Below are positions 8,252 to 18,607 of a stretch of DNA of 64,000 nucleotides, piece by piece. The stretch spans positions 25,494 through 89,493 of the forward strand of contig JAEURZ010000008.1 of the NCBI GenBank assembly GCA_016788905.1, written 5' to 3'. Position 1 is the stretch's first letter; each line of letters opens with the position of its first letter. Below the pieces are notes generated by a model. It saw nothing but the letters and a program-made list of their open reading frames with translations, did no database searches and was not told the origin of the DNA. The position numbers were made by a program, and so were the translations under genes. The stretch comes from Elusimicrobiota bacterium. Its GTDB lineage: Bacteria; Elusimicrobiota; Elusimicrobia; FEN-1173.

Positions 8252-8737
8252 TCACTCCATTGAGGCCGTTCGGGCGGCCAATTGTTCAAGGGCGATCTGT
8301 GCCGCCGGGTTGCCCGAATCGCAGAGTCGGGCAGCTCGATATTCGTTGGCGGCTTCGTCCCAGCGATTTTTAAGTTCAAAAATTTTTCCACGTCCCATAT
8401 AAGCCGGAGAATAATGAGGATCAAATTTAATGGCTTTATTAAATCGGCGCCTCGCTTTTCCGAAGGAGCCTGTTTTCAAATAGGTTTCTCCCAGGAGGGT
8501 CCATCCTTCAGGCGAATTTTTATGACCGCGCAAAAATATTTTGAGGGTTTGTCGAGCGGTTTTAACATGGCCAGATGAAAGCGATGTCCGGGCCAGTTTA
8601 AGTAAAGATTCCTCTTCCGATAATCCTCCTGCAGGAAGGGGGACCGCTGGCTCAGAAAGTTCCTCCCCCCTCACCATCGAAAGAGGGACGAAAAAACAAA
8701 ATATAAACGTAGAGAAGATGAGTTTATTGAAGGTCAT
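8252..8737 (-). CDS. secreted TPR repeat protein
   Basis: From ATG 8737 the protein starts with a signal-like MTFNKLIFSTFIFCFFVPLSMVRG, followed by TPR-like repeats. The longer track ORF (to 8827) would contain the predicted promoter. Confidence 0.65.
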   Translation of the reverse strand: MTFNKLIFSTFIFCFFVPLSMVRGEELSEPAVPLPAGGLSEEESLLKLARTSLSSGHVKTARQTLKIFLRGHKNSPEGWTLLGETYLKTGSFGKARRRFNKAIKFDPHYSPAYMGRGKIFELKNRWDEAANEYRAARLCDSGNPAAQIALEQLAARTASME

Positions 8738-8755
8738 ATGAAGTCCTAGGGAACA

Positions 8756-8785
8756 AATATACCATTTCGCCCGACGGAGGGTCAA
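8756..8785 (-). promoter_or_regulatory. sigma70-like promoter (TTGACC-N18-TATATT) for the TPR/tRNA-Leu/smpB/tRNA-Ser unit
   Basis: On the minus strand the -35 maps to 8780-8785 and the -10 to 8756-8761. An AGGA sequence lies 6 nt upstream of ATG 8737. Confidence 0.45.
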
Positions 8786-8895
8786 TGTCTGGCTCATGGG
8801 TTTCGTTTCTCGATTAGGGGGTTTCAAAGGAAGTTGTTGGTCAATAAAAACCCCTAGCGAAAGAACTTCCCAGGCGAGTGGGGTTTTTTGTCGGC

Positions 8896-8925
8896 AAAAA
8901 AAAGGCCCGGGGTTTCCCCCGGGCC
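8896..8925 (-). terminator. rho-independent terminator after the DUF4398 lipoprotein gene
   Basis: On the minus strand, GGCCCGGGGG-AAA-CCCCGGGCC is followed by TTTTTTTT. Confidence 0.7.
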
Positions 8926-8946
8926 TTTGGCATTAAAAAAATCCAC

Positions 8947-9525
8947 CTATTTCTTTTTTGGGTCTTTTTTCGGTGCGGCTGGTTTAATTGTTGTCTTTAC
9001 AGGGGTCGTCGCACTCTTTGCCAATTGTTCGACGCGGTTGATAATCCCAGAAGCGGATTCAGACACCTTGGAATAGTTTCCGTTCATGAATTCTTCCATG
9101 ACTTTCGTCCATTCCGTTTCAATGTTTTGGAGAGAAGATTTAATGTTTCCACTTGCTTTGGGGAGTTTGGCTTTTAAGGAATTAATCTTTTCTTCCACAT
9201 GGGTAACAATTTCCATGGCGGCAGCTTTTGCGGCCTCCTTTCTAGACGCAACAACAGACTCGGCTGTTTCGGCTTTATGTCGAGCGTCCAAGGCTCCCGC
9301 CAGCGCGGCCTTGTAGTCTTTGGAAGCTAATTTTGCCCGTGCATCGGAAAGAGCATTTTTCGCCTCGTTCCATTCGGCCTGTGCGTATTCAGCGGCTCCC
9401 GCTAGGTCTGCTGCTTGGATTGCATTTTCAGCATCCGCCATTTCCATCGTGGGTGGTTTTGCGCATCCGGCCACCAAGACACCGGCGGACAACATGGATA
9501 AAAATATAGAGCGTTTATTCAACAT
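8947..9525 (-). CDS. DUF4398-like lipoprotein
   Basis: Lipobox LVAGC, followed by an Ala/Glu/Lys-rich helical protein. The gene lies immediately downstream of an OmpA-like gene, which is the usual DUF4398 context. Confidence 0.65.
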   Translation of the reverse strand: MLNKRSIFLSMLSAGVLVAGCAKPPTMEMADAENAIQAADLAGAAEYAQAEWNEAKNALSDARAKLASKDYKAALAGALDARHKAETAESVVASRKEAAKAAAMEIVTHVEEKINSLKAKLPKASGNIKSSLQNIETEWTKVMEEFMNGNYSKVSESASGIINRVEQLAKSATTPVKTTIKPAAPKKDPKKK

Positions 9526-9614
9526 TGGACTGCCTCCGATATAAGGACAATTTTTTCCCGTTAGGATACGGGACTATCACATCAGAAATATTGTGCAACT
9601 TTAATGAAAGGAGT

Positions 9615-10622
9615 TCAACGGGTGGGGATGGGTTCGAATGTTATTCTACGGGATGATCCGGCGGGCGGTTTTTCTCCCATGAAAACCAAACGGATTTCGT
9701 TTAAATAGAAATTGCGAACAACGTATGTCCCAACAACCTGAGCCCGGGCGCTGGCTAGCGCCTCGCGAGCGGTCCCTGTGTATGACTCTTCGATAAACCC
9801 ATAGATCCGGACGCGTGTTTCAGGATAGCGCCTTAGAATAGCCCCGAGGGCGTCCAAGGTTTCAAGGGAGGGGGTTTGAAGTATCGCGCTCCCCGGGTCG
9901 AAAGTGATCGGAGCGATTCGACCCGAATCAATAGAGTTCTGCAAACGATCCAGCTCTTCCTCGGCAAGAAGCGTGGGATCAATTTCGACCTCCTCCTCAT
10001 TAGCGAGAAGTGGAATTTCCAGGTCAGCGTCTGAAATATCAACCTCAGGTTTTAAGGGAACCCAACTTTGGGGGAGAAAAAAACGTAGGCTTACCGCCCC
10101 ATTGAATGTCCGCATGTCTTGATTGTTTTGGCGTACGCGGGCAAACTGTCGGACCCCCACCTCAAGGGCGAGATCCTGCATATCAGAGATCTTGAGGCGA
10201 ATTCCTAGAAAAAAACCGGCGGTCCAGCCTGTTTGGGATTTTTGATGGGAGAGGTCCGTTCGCTTGTTTCGGCTCATTCCAAGGTCCGCCAGGAGATAAG
10301 GGGTGTAAAGTCGTGTCCAGGGAAAATCCCGTTGCACCCATCCTGTGATGGGTGCAAGAGTAAGGTCGTTTTCGGAAGATGTTGTTGATGTCACTCTGTA
10401 AGAGGCATACTGCCCTCCAATGGTCCAGTAATCCGAAAGTCGGTGCCCCAGCCGTCCGCCAAGCATTCCTGTTTTTCCGAACAGTTCCGAAAGGCCCGCG
10501 GGTGAAAAAACAGATCCCACCCCCGCTTGAAGATCAAAAAGAATAGGGGAACGATCTTCTCCCCAAAGAAAGACAGAGGGAAATAAGAAAAATAAGCCAA
10601 CGAAAACAAGAGAGGATTTCAA
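9615..10622 (-). CDS. outer-membrane beta-barrel protein with C-terminal OmpA-like peptidoglycan-binding domain
   Basis: Signal peptide, alternating beta-strand N-terminal half, and a C-terminal ITFDPGSA...RVRIYGF...A...RA OmpA_C-like pattern. Confidence 0.7.
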   Translation of the reverse strand: MKSSLVFVGLFFLFPSVFLWGEDRSPILFDLQAGVGSVFSPAGLSELFGKTGMLGGRLGHRLSDYWTIGGQYASYRVTSTTSSENDLTLAPITGWVQRDFPWTRLYTPYLLADLGMSRNKRTDLSHQKSQTGWTAGFFLGIRLKISDMQDLALEVGVRQFARVRQNNQDMRTFNGAVSLRFFLPQSWVPLKPEVDISDADLEIPLLANEEEVEIDPTLLAEEELDRLQNSIDSGRIAPITFDPGSAILQTPSLETLDALGAILRRYPETRVRIYGFIEESYTGTAREALASARAQVVGTYVVRNFYLNEIRLVFMGEKPPAGSSRRITFEPIPTR

Positions 10623-11632
10623 GGTTTGTTTTTCCTTCTTGATGAGTATTCAAGAGCAGCGAGGCAAGCCTGCACGGTGGGTTCTGGGTCGATGTGTCGA
10701 TACGGGGGACGCTGTCTGGCCAAATCAAAGGCGGTTCCATGTCCAGGGGATGTGCGAACAAAAGGCAATCCCACGGTCACGTTAATCACCTCTCGCGGGG
10801 AAGCCACTTTGAGTGGGATCATCCCCTGATCATGATACAGGGAGGCGATGAGATTAAAGTCCCCGGCCCGGTGTTTCGCCCAGGCGCTATCGGCCGGGAG
10901 TGGGCCCTGGACACGGAGCCCTTTTCGTCGCAGTATCTTCACGGCGGGTGTCACAATACGCTGCTCTTCTTCTCCCAAGAGTCCTTTGTCTCCGGCGTGT
11001 GGATTTAGTCCGCACACACCCCATGTCGGGCGTATTAATCCCAGCACCTGTTGAGCCCACTGATTTGTTCGTGTAACGGAATCGACAATTCCTTGAACCG
11101 ATAGGGCGCCAGGGACTGATTTCAATGGAAGATGGCGGGTAACCAACAGTGTTATTAACGGGCCAGCGCGCATGACCATTTCTACAGATGGGGTCCCGGA
11201 CAATGCCGCCAGCATCTCCGTGTGTCCAGGGAATGGGAGTCCCGCGGCCTTCAAAGATTCCTTGGAAACGGGGCCCGTCACCACACCGGCGACCCGCTCG
11301 GATAGGGCCAGACTCACAGCGGTCCGAATCGCTAAAGCGGCGGATTCCCCGCTTAGTTTTTGAGGGTGCCCCAAGGATAACCTACGGATGTTCGGATGGG
11401 GCACGTGCAAAATGTTTAATGTGAGAGGGCTTTCGGAATAGTCCTTCAGGTCGGTGATGGGGCGAATTCTTAACCCGGGAATTCTGACATGTTTATGAAA
11501 AACCCAAGCGTCGCCCACCACGATAACTTTCGCTCTTTGAGAAACTCGTTTGTCCTGGGCGGCGTGCACCGCCACCCAAGGACCGCATCCCGCGGGATCC
11601 CCGCTGGTGATGGCCAAAAACGGATGGGTCAT
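10619..11632 (-). CDS. pdxA: 4-hydroxythreonine-4-phosphate dehydrogenase
   Basis: Motifs GDPAG, NPHAGD, YHDQG and RTSPGHGTAFD. The stop overlaps the next gene's start (ATGA). Confidence 0.9.
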   Translation of the reverse strand: MTHPFLAITSGDPAGCGPWVAVHAAQDKRVSQRAKVIVVGDAWVFHKHVRIPGLRIRPITDLKDYSESPLTLNILHVPHPNIRRLSLGHPQKLSGESAALAIRTAVSLALSERVAGVVTGPVSKESLKAAGLPFPGHTEMLAALSGTPSVEMVMRAGPLITLLVTRHLPLKSVPGALSVQGIVDSVTRTNQWAQQVLGLIRPTWGVCGLNPHAGDKGLLGEEEQRIVTPAVKILRRKGLRVQGPLPADSAWAKHRAGDFNLIASLYHDQGMIPLKVASPREVINVTVGLPFVRTSPGHGTAFDLARQRPPYRHIDPEPTVQACLAALEYSSRRKNKP

Positions 11633-11645
11633 GGATGACGGTGAC

Positions 11646-12875
11646 TTATAAGCCAGCGATTTCCTCGCGCGATATAAGGATTTTTATATCAGAACCTTTT
11701 CGGAGGTCGGAGACAAAATCCTCAAACGCATCTTGTTGTGCGGATCGGAAAAGATATTCCCGTAGATCATTTTCCGCCTGATCAAAACGAAGTTTGGTTG
11801 CGGTTTTCTTTTCAATAACTTTGATGACATGAAGTCCAAACTTTGTTTCAACAATGCCTGAAACTTGCCCTTCTCCCAGGGAAAAGGCCGCCTTTTCGAA
11901 AGGAGGAACCATTTGACCTCGAGCAAAAAAACCCAGATCACCGCCATTCACAGCGGAGCCTTTGTCGATTGAGTTTTTCTCTGCCAACACGGCGAAATCC
12001 GCGCCGCCTTTAATTTGTTTCAGAAGGGACTCCACTTCTTTACGAATTTTAGCTTTGTCCGATGATGAAACCTTATCCCAATTGGTCGGCTGTCCGTTCT
12101 CGTCCGCGATCCCCATCAGAATGTGACGGGCACGAACCTGCTCGGAAATTTGGCGGGAAAAATATTTCGCCATGGAGTCTAAATCACGGGTGGATTCCTC
12201 AGAAAGCCCTGAAACGGTTTTCCCCGCGAGCTTATCGTTCAATTGGTCAAAGAGTTTTTTGATCTGTTTGTCCGTTGGCGGTTTCACCTTTTCTCGAACG
12301 ATATCGGAGGACAGTTGGACGACTCTCAGTTGCTCCTTGATTCGGTCATTGAATTTCTTTTCATCCAACCCTTCTTTGGCGAGCTCTTTTTTGAAAGCGG
12401 TTTCGGATTCCTTGATGGCGGTGGGGTTCGAAGCGGTCAATTCTTTCCAGGCGGCACCTAAGTCTGGTGAGGCATCGGTGTTCGCCCCAGCGGCGGCCAT
12501 CTGTCTCCGAACAATGGTTTGCAGGTCTCGTCGACCGGACTCGGGTAAAAAACGTGCTTTCACCTGCAAAATGCCGTTTTCTAAATCACGCTGGGGCACC
12601 CGGATCTTGCGTTTTTTAGCTTCCGCTTGAAGAACTTTGTCGTCAATCATTTGGTCGAAAAGCTTTTGGCGTGCCTCGGTTTTGAGTTCGTTGGTCATTC
12701 CTTCGGGGTTTCCCTCTTCTTGTTGAGCTTGGAAGGCCTCCCAATTCTTTTGGAATTCGGACAGGAGAATAGCTTCCCCATTGACAATGGCGACGGGGCG
12801 ATTGGTTAATTTTGCGGCGGGAAGCGAACCCGCGACGGCGAAAACGAGTGCCAAGGAAAGGACGATGTGTTTCAA
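11646..12875 (-). CDS. SurA-like periplasmic chaperone / parvulin-type peptidyl-prolyl isomerase
   Basis: Signal peptide and a SurA_N-like helical region, followed by a parvulin domain (RARHIL, GGDLGFF, PFE, FGLHVIKV). It lies upstream of pdxA, as in the surA-pdxA arrangement. Confidence 0.8.
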   Translation of the reverse strand: MKHIVLSLALVFAVAGSLPAAKLTNRPVAIVNGEAILLSEFQKNWEAFQAQQEEGNPEGMTNELKTEARQKLFDQMIDDKVLQAEAKKRKIRVPQRDLENGILQVKARFLPESGRRDLQTIVRRQMAAAGANTDASPDLGAAWKELTASNPTAIKESETAFKKELAKEGLDEKKFNDRIKEQLRVVQLSSDIVREKVKPPTDKQIKKLFDQLNDKLAGKTVSGLSEESTRDLDSMAKYFSRQISEQVRARHILMGIADENGQPTNWDKVSSSDKAKIRKEVESLLKQIKGGADFAVLAEKNSIDKGSAVNGGDLGFFARGQMVPPFEKAAFSLGEGQVSGIVETKFGLHVIKVIEKKTATKLRFDQAENDLREYLFRSAQQDAFEDFVSDLRKGSDIKILISREEIAGL

Positions 12876-12925
12876 GGGAAAAACCTCCTGTAGGAACGTT
12901 TTTAAGACTATACCATATTGTTTGA

Positions 12926-13813
12926 TTACGGCGTTTCGATCTCCATTGGAGGGGCGGGAAACACGATGTCGCTGAGCGCTTCGTTATTGATTTTGGCGGG
13001 ATGTCTTTGGCGAATGGATTCAAACCACGCTTGTAGTTTTTGGCTTTCGAGAGTTTGGCGGAGCCTGGTTTTAAGTTCATCGTTAAAAGGTTGGGCAGAA
13101 AGAGCTCGATCGTTCCCGCGTCGAATGAGGTGAAACCCGTAGGGCGAAACCACAATACCGGATGTTTCCCCTTTGCTCATCTGAAAAAGGGCGTTTTCAA
13201 ACTCTGGGACCAGGGAGCCCGGCAAGAGGTAGCCCGCGTCCCCTCCTTTGGCGGCCGAGGCGGGGTCTTCTGAATGATTTTTGGCCAGAACATCAAACTT
13301 TTCTCCTCCGGAAATCTTTTTAAGAAGGGATTCGGCGAGTGTCCGATCGCTCACCAAGATGTGGGCGGCTTGAACTTCAACTCCTTTCTCCCAGAAGGCA
13401 TGAACCTCGTCTTCGGTCACCTTGAGAGGCCCTTCTTTTAGCGTCTTGGTGTACTGGCTCACCAGAAGACGTTCCTTTTCTTCCCCAAAACTCTGACGGA
13501 GCTCTTTTTGTTTTTCTTTAAAAAGGGTTGTGAGCTTTTTTAGAAGTTCTTTCGTCTCTGGGGAGGGCGGTCGGGACTCTGTTTCTTCAAGGATGATCTT
13601 GCGGCGAACCAAGAGTTCCAAAAGCTCTTTCCGTCCTGAGGGCGACTGGAGGTAGGCCTGGCTTGTGAATGGAACTCCAGCCACCTCTTTTAAAAAATCC
13701 GAGGCCGTTACGGAACGGGACCCGACTTGAGCTAAAACGGGGTCGCTTTTTTTACAGGCCAATCCCACGAGGAGGGGGATGACGATAAAGTAACGCGCGC
13801 GCATGGACCGCAT
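12926..13813 (-). CDS. PpiC/parvulin-type peptidyl-prolyl isomerase, lipoprotein-like
   Basis: Parvulin motifs (AAHILV, GGDAGYL, PEFE, YGFHLIRR). The start is set at ATG 13813 (MRSMRARYFIVIPLLVGLAC), adjacent to the mfd stop. Confidence 0.75.
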   Translation of the reverse strand: MRSMRARYFIVIPLLVGLACKKSDPVLAQVGSRSVTASDFLKEVAGVPFTSQAYLQSPSGRKELLELLVRRKIILEETESRPPSPETKELLKKLTTLFKEKQKELRQSFGEEKERLLVSQYTKTLKEGPLKVTEDEVHAFWEKGVEVQAAHILVSDRTLAESLLKKISGGEKFDVLAKNHSEDPASAAKGGDAGYLLPGSLVPEFENALFQMSKGETSGIVVSPYGFHLIRRGNDRALSAQPFNDELKTRLRQTLESQKLQAWFESIRQRHPAKINNEALSDIVFPAPPMEIETP

Positions 13814-13814
13814 T

Positions 13815-16800
13815 TTATCCTTCTTCTCTTCCCGTGTCCAGGGTGGCGAGGAAGGTCGTGGTCCAAACCACAAGGTCTGTGGGGAGCGGTTCTTCGAATC
13901 TCATGCCGAACGGCGGGCCGGGCAAAAATGAGAAACGATTCCCGTAGTGGTCTGTGAGACGTGTGAGGGTGTCGGGTGTCAACGCGGCGTTTTCCGCAAA
14001 CCGGAGCTCCAACCCCTCTTTTTCAAGCCCGATGTGCATCACGTTTCGGGCGCGGGCCGCGTGTCGAAGCCGGGCCACGTCAAAGAGCCGTTTTGCGGGT
14101 TCCGGGAGTCGTCCGCAGCGGTCTTCCAATTCGGTGGCGAGTGTTTCTAGGTTGTCTTCTGGAGCGTCAAGGAGTCGTTTGTAAAAAAGGACCCGGTCCG
14201 ATTCCGAGGGGAGGTACGTTTCAGGGAGGTACGCCGAAAGAGGAATGTCAATCGTTGTGTCGGGCTTGTTTTTTTCGCGCGAGGGGGATCCCCCCGTTTT
14301 TTGTTGTTCTATTTCTTCCGTGAGCAGTTGTCCATAGAGGTCTAACCCAACGGCGTTCACATAGCCATGTTGTTCGGGCCCCAGTAAATTCCCTGCGCCG
14401 CGTATTTCCAGATCGCGCATGGCAAGTTTGAAGCCGGACCCCAGGGAAGCAAACTCTTTCAGGGCGGCCAGCCGTTTTTGGGCCTCTTCCGTGAGAGTGA
14501 CATCTTCCGAATAGAAGAGGAGGCAATAGGCTTTGACGCGATCACGCCCGACTCTTCCACGGAGTTGATAAAGCTGAGCCAAGCCGAAATCTTCGGCTTC
14601 TTCCACGACCAAGGTATTCACCGTCGGGATATCGAGACCCGATTCGATGATGCTGGTCGCCAAAAGGATATCGTATTTCCGATGCAAGAAATCCCACATG
14701 ATTTTTTCAAGTTCCGGGCCGGACATCTGTCCGTGGGCCAAGGCGATTTTGGCGGTAAGTCCGTGGTCCTGGAGAGTGTCGATTAACCATTGGCGTCGTT
14801 TTTCAATGGATTTGACGCGGTTGTGAACGTAGAACACTTGACCTCCACGACGTAACTCCTGTTCCACCGCGGACACCACCACCTTCTGGTCGAAAGGGCC
14901 CACATGGGTGCCAATGGGTAACCGACCCTCGGGTGGGGATTCAATAACGGAAAGGCCTTTCAGTCCTCCCAACGCCTGGCCCATGGTTCGAGGGATGGGA
15001 GTGGCGGAGAGGGCCAGGACGTCCACCACGTCTCGGAACGCTCGGATGCGTTCTTTTTGTTTAACCCCGAACCGGTGTTCTTCGTCGATAATGACCAGGC
15101 CCAAGTCCTTAAATGCCACATCGGCAGAGAGGAGTCGATGGGTGCCGATCACGATGTCAACAACGCCCCGTTGGACGTCTTGAAGGGAGACCTTTTGGTC
15201 GGCGGGTTTTCCGAAACGAGAGAGGACCGCCACTCTAACGGGATAATCCGCGAACCGGTCCCGGAAATTTCGGCCGTGTTGTTCCGCCAAAATAGTGGTG
15301 GGCACAAGCACGGCCACCTGTTTGCCCGCGGTCACGGCTTTGAACGCGGCGCGCATGGCCACCTCGGTTTTTCCATACCCCACATCGCCGCAGACCACCC
15401 GATCCATGGGGATCGGGTTCATCATATCCTGCCGGGTTTCTTCTATGGCCCGGGCCTGGTCGGGCGTCAACTCGTAAAGAAACGATGAGCCAAATTCCTG
15501 TTCCATATGGGTGTCTCCGGAGAAGGAAAATCCCTGGGTTTGCGACCTTCGGGCGGCCCGGGCCAAGAGTTCCCGGGCCAGTTCGGCCACGGCTTTTTCC
15601 ACATCCTCCCGGGTTCGGTCCCAGGCACCCGTGTCGAGAGATGAAAGAATCGGACGTTTTCCTTCGGTCCCGACGAACTTTCGAACATGACGGAAATCGA
15701 AGAGCGGGACAAAGACCCGATCCCCATTTTTGTATTCCAATCGAAGATAGTCCGCTTCCATGTTTCCCGCGGTCTTACGTTCCAGGGCCATATACCGCCC
15801 GATCCCAAACTGTTCGTGCACCACGTAGTCGCCTTTGCGTAATTCCGCTACCGCGCCCAGGGGGGTGCCACCCGTGAATTTTGGCAGGCGCAATCGGCGT
15901 CGTATGCGACCAAAGAGTTCCCCGTTTGCCAAAACCGCCAATCGATTCTCTGTGTCTAAAAATCCATGAGTCAGGGGCCCGATCGGAAGGTCAATTTTCG
16001 CCTCCTCAAAAGCGCGCGCAAGGGAACGGTCTTGCTCCATTAAGATTTCTTCCATCCGTTCCTGTTCGCCGGGGTTATGACAAAAGATGGATATTTTCCA
16101 TCCTTCTTTGACCCACGTGACGACTTCCTTGGCCAACAGATTCATGTGCCCAGCGAAGGGGGGAGGAGATCTATACGGGAGTGGATGGGGGGGCGTGGAT
16201 AAAGGGTCGTGAATGAAACGTGTACCGGACCCCGCTACAGGTGAAAGAGTGGGCGGGTTGGATTCGAATAGGGTTCCTTCGGGGCCCAGGTAATCCAAGA
16301 GGGTTGAACACTGCTGAGGGTTTGCTCTTTTTAAGAGACGGCCAGGACGAACTTCCGTTTCTTCGATCAAGTCTGTGGATCGTTGGGTGGCCACGTTTAT
16401 TTTTCGGATCGATTCGATTTGGTCAAAAGGCCAAAGGGTTCGCAGGGGGCTTTCCCCTCCCGGGGACCAGAGATCTAAAACTTCTCCTCGAACGGCAACT
16501 TCTCCCGGGCGTTCCACTGTGTCCACCCGTTCGTAGCCATGGGTTAACAAATGGGCAAAAAAATCCTCCCGATTGAGTCGATGTCCCAACCTCAGTGTGC
16601 GATGGCTCGCGGAAAAATCATCGGGAGGGGGGAGGAATATTTCGAGAGAATTTCGAGGGGCGAACAATACCTGAGTTCTCCCTCCAGCCCAGAGGGATAG
16701 CGCGGTGAGCCGTTCCTCATCATCTTCTGAAAAAAACGAGGCTCGTGTGGGGGTTTGGGGGGAGCGCCAACGTTCGAGGGCTTGGAAATCGTCAAAGAGT

Positions 16801-16919
16801 GTCCCGGCTGTTTCCTCTGTGGCTGTGACCACCAACCAACGGCCCTCGGCGTTTTGGAGGATCCACCAGGCCTCCGCTCCCCCAGGGAGCGGGCCGATGG
16901 CACGGGCGATATCTGTCAC
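13815..16919 (-). CDS. mfd: transcription-repair coupling factor
   Basis: 1034 aa with Walker A GDVGYGKTEVA, a DEEHRFG box, helicase C motifs (QLRGRVGR) and a C-terminal TRCF-like region. Confidence 0.95.
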   Translation of the reverse strand: MTDIARAIGPLPGGAEAWWILQNAEGRWLVVTATEETAGTLFDDFQALERWRSPQTPTRASFFSEDDEERLTALSLWAGGRTQVLFAPRNSLEIFLPPPDDFSASHRTLRLGHRLNREDFFAHLLTHGYERVDTVERPGEVAVRGEVLDLWSPGGESPLRTLWPFDQIESIRKINVATQRSTDLIEETEVRPGRLLKRANPQQCSTLLDYLGPEGTLFESNPPTLSPVAGSGTRFIHDPLSTPPHPLPYRSPPPFAGHMNLLAKEVVTWVKEGWKISIFCHNPGEQERMEEILMEQDRSLARAFEEAKIDLPIGPLTHGFLDTENRLAVLANGELFGRIRRRLRLPKFTGGTPLGAVAELRKGDYVVHEQFGIGRYMALERKTAGNMEADYLRLEYKNGDRVFVPLFDFRHVRKFVGTEGKRPILSSLDTGAWDRTREDVEKAVAELARELLARAARRSQTQGFSFSGDTHMEQEFGSSFLYELTPDQARAIEETRQDMMNPIPMDRVVCGDVGYGKTEVAMRAAFKAVTAGKQVAVLVPTTILAEQHGRNFRDRFADYPVRVAVLSRFGKPADQKVSLQDVQRGVVDIVIGTHRLLSADVAFKDLGLVIIDEEHRFGVKQKERIRAFRDVVDVLALSATPIPRTMGQALGGLKGLSVIESPPEGRLPIGTHVGPFDQKVVVSAVEQELRRGGQVFYVHNRVKSIEKRRQWLIDTLQDHGLTAKIALAHGQMSGPELEKIMWDFLHRKYDILLATSIIESGLDIPTVNTLVVEEAEDFGLAQLYQLRGRVGRDRVKAYCLLFYSEDVTLTEEAQKRLAALKEFASLGSGFKLAMRDLEIRGAGNLLGPEQHGYVNAVGLDLYGQLLTEEIEQQKTGGSPSREKNKPDTTIDIPLSAYLPETYLPSESDRVLFYKRLLDAPEDNLETLATELEDRCGRLPEPAKRLFDVARLRHAARARNVMHIGLEKEGLELRFAENAALTPDTLTRLTDHYGNRFSFLPGPPFGMRFEEPLPTDLVVWTTTFLATLDTGREEG

Positions 16920-18316
16920 GAAGTCGGGCGCTCGAAAAGGTTAACGCTTTCGATATGGGCGGTTTGCGGGAAAAGGTCCACGGGAACCGATCGTTTTAAA
17001 TGGAATCCTCCCGTTGATAAATATTGGGCGTCTCGGGCGAGTGTTCCGGGGTCACAGGACACATACACCACCCGAAAGGGGTTCCCCCTCATAATAGACT
17101 TCAAGACGGACTTTTCACAGCCGGCCCGGGGGGGGTCCAATAAGACAACGGTGGGTCGGTCTTTGAGCAGAGAACGTGCCAGAACCAATTCGCATCGTCC
17201 CTGGCGAAATCTCATATTGCGGATCTTGTTCAACCCCAAACTTTCAATGCCGTCTCGAACGGCTTGGGTGTTTTCTTCCACGGCCCACACGAGTTTGGCT
17301 TTGCGGGCACAGAGTTGTCCCATGGCGCCGACCCCGGCATACAGTTCCCAGACCACATCGGTGGGGCCCACGGCCGCCATGTCCATGGCAACAGAATAAA
17401 GTTTTTCGGCCATCGTCGTGTTGACTTGAAAAAAGGCTCCCGGAGACAAGCGGAACCGAAGACCCAAAAGAATTTCTTCGAGATGGGGTTTGCCCCCCCA
17501 ATGTTTCCATCGGGGGCCCAGCACAACGTTTCCGGGTCGGTCATTGATGTTCTGGTAAACGCTGGAGACAAAGGAGCAGGATTTACGGAGGTCCTGAACA
17601 AAAGCTTCCATGTCCAGGCCCGGGCCTGATGTTGTCACGGGGGCCACCAATGTTTCCCCGCTCGAAGCGGTGCGAACCATCAGATGCCTTAACCACCCTG
17701 TTTCCGTGGACCCGTCATAGAGGGAGGCGTCCCGTTCGGAAAACCATTCCCGTGCGGCCCGAACCACAAGGTCAAATCGTTCCTTTTGAACCAGGCACTC
17801 CTGCAGGGGAACCACGGTGTGGGAACCCGGTGCGTAGAAACCGGCAACGATTTCCCCCTCAGTGTTTCGGGAAAAAGGAACCAACCCCTTGTTGCGATAC
17901 CGCCATCTCCCATGGGATTCCGGAGCTAAAATGGTTTCTTCCACATGGGGACGAGCAATTTTTCCAATACGCTGAAGAGTTTCAATGAGCAGGGTACGTT
18001 TGGCTTCTCCTTGGGTGGTGTAACTTAAATGTTGCCAATCACATCCACCGCAAACCTGATGAGATAACTGTCCGGGTTGAAAGAAAAGAGAGCATCGGGG
18101 TTGGGTTCTCTGGGGGGAAGGGGCTTCAAGGGTCCCGATCCAGCCTCGCCCATAGGAATTTTCTTTTTTGAAGGAAGAGAGCGTGACCCGGTCCCCTGGT
18201 GCACCGTAGGGGACAAAAACCACCGGGCCCGATCGGCCCGGTTCTGCGCTCGGGAGACGAGCCACCGCGTCACCACCGAGGGACAGTCGTTCAAGAAGAA
18301 GGGGTCCTGTTGTCAT
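16916..18316 (-). CDS. rlmD: 23S rRNA (uracil-5)-methyltransferase RlmD/RumA family
   Basis: TRAM-like N-terminus, a Cys cluster (C-x-C-GGCDWQH), and SAM-methyltransferase motifs DPPRAGC and YVSCDPGTLARD. Confidence 0.85.
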   Translation of the reverse strand: MTTGPLLLERLSLGGDAVARLPSAEPGRSGPVVFVPYGAPGDRVTLSSFKKENSYGRGWIGTLEAPSPQRTQPRCSLFFQPGQLSHQVCGGCDWQHLSYTTQGEAKRTLLIETLQRIGKIARPHVEETILAPESHGRWRYRNKGLVPFSRNTEGEIVAGFYAPGSHTVVPLQECLVQKERFDLVVRAAREWFSERDASLYDGSTETGWLRHLMVRTASSGETLVAPVTTSGPGLDMEAFVQDLRKSCSFVSSVYQNINDRPGNVVLGPRWKHWGGKPHLEEILLGLRFRLSPGAFFQVNTTMAEKLYSVAMDMAAVGPTDVVWELYAGVGAMGQLCARKAKLVWAVEENTQAVRDGIESLGLNKIRNMRFRQGRCELVLARSLLKDRPTVVLLDPPRAGCEKSVLKSIMRGNPFRVVYVSCDPGTLARDAQYLSTGGFHLKRSVPVDLFPQTAHIESVNLFERPTS

Positions 18317-18319
18317 TTT

Positions 18320-18607
18320 TTATAAAAAGAGTTCCAGGGCTTCATACCCCGTCATGCCGGGTTTGACGCCTCGATCCGTTGCGGCGGCACTGACCGCCAC
18401 CACAGGCGCCGCCAAAAGTTCATCCACGGTTTTCACCCCTCGGACGATGGCGGCGGGCGCCTTGACTTTGTCGGCCGTGTGGAGGTCCAGATATCCGCAC
18501 ATCACAAACCCTAGGGACCCCTTGGCCAAGACGAGGGGAGCGCCTGGCAACGGGATTTCTATTCCTTCGCCCTTTTTGTTTCCGATAACAATTTCATGTG
18601 TTTGCAA
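18320..18607 (-). CDS. DUF1805 (YunC-like) domain protein
   Basis: 95 aa with G-F-V-M-C-G-Y-L and IVRGV motifs. It has a TTG start preceded by a perfect AGGAGG Shine-Dalgarno sequence at a 5-nt spacing. Confidence 0.65.
   Translation of the reverse strand: MQTHEIVIGNKKGEGIEIPLPGAPLVLAKGSLGFVMCGYLDLHTADKVKAPAAIVRGVKTVDELLAAPVVAVSAAATDRGVKPGMTGYEALELFL

Noticed and set aside
8848-8889. AAAAACCCC-N25-GGGGTTTTT inverted repeat next to the called terminator.
   Set aside because: A 25-nt loop makes it a poor intrinsic terminator. It could be an auxiliary structure, but I cannot support a call.
12643-13155. 170-aa minus-strand ORF spanning the surA-like/ppiC-like junction.
   Set aside because: It overlaps two well-supported parvulin-type genes in another frame, and its product is basic and low-complexity.
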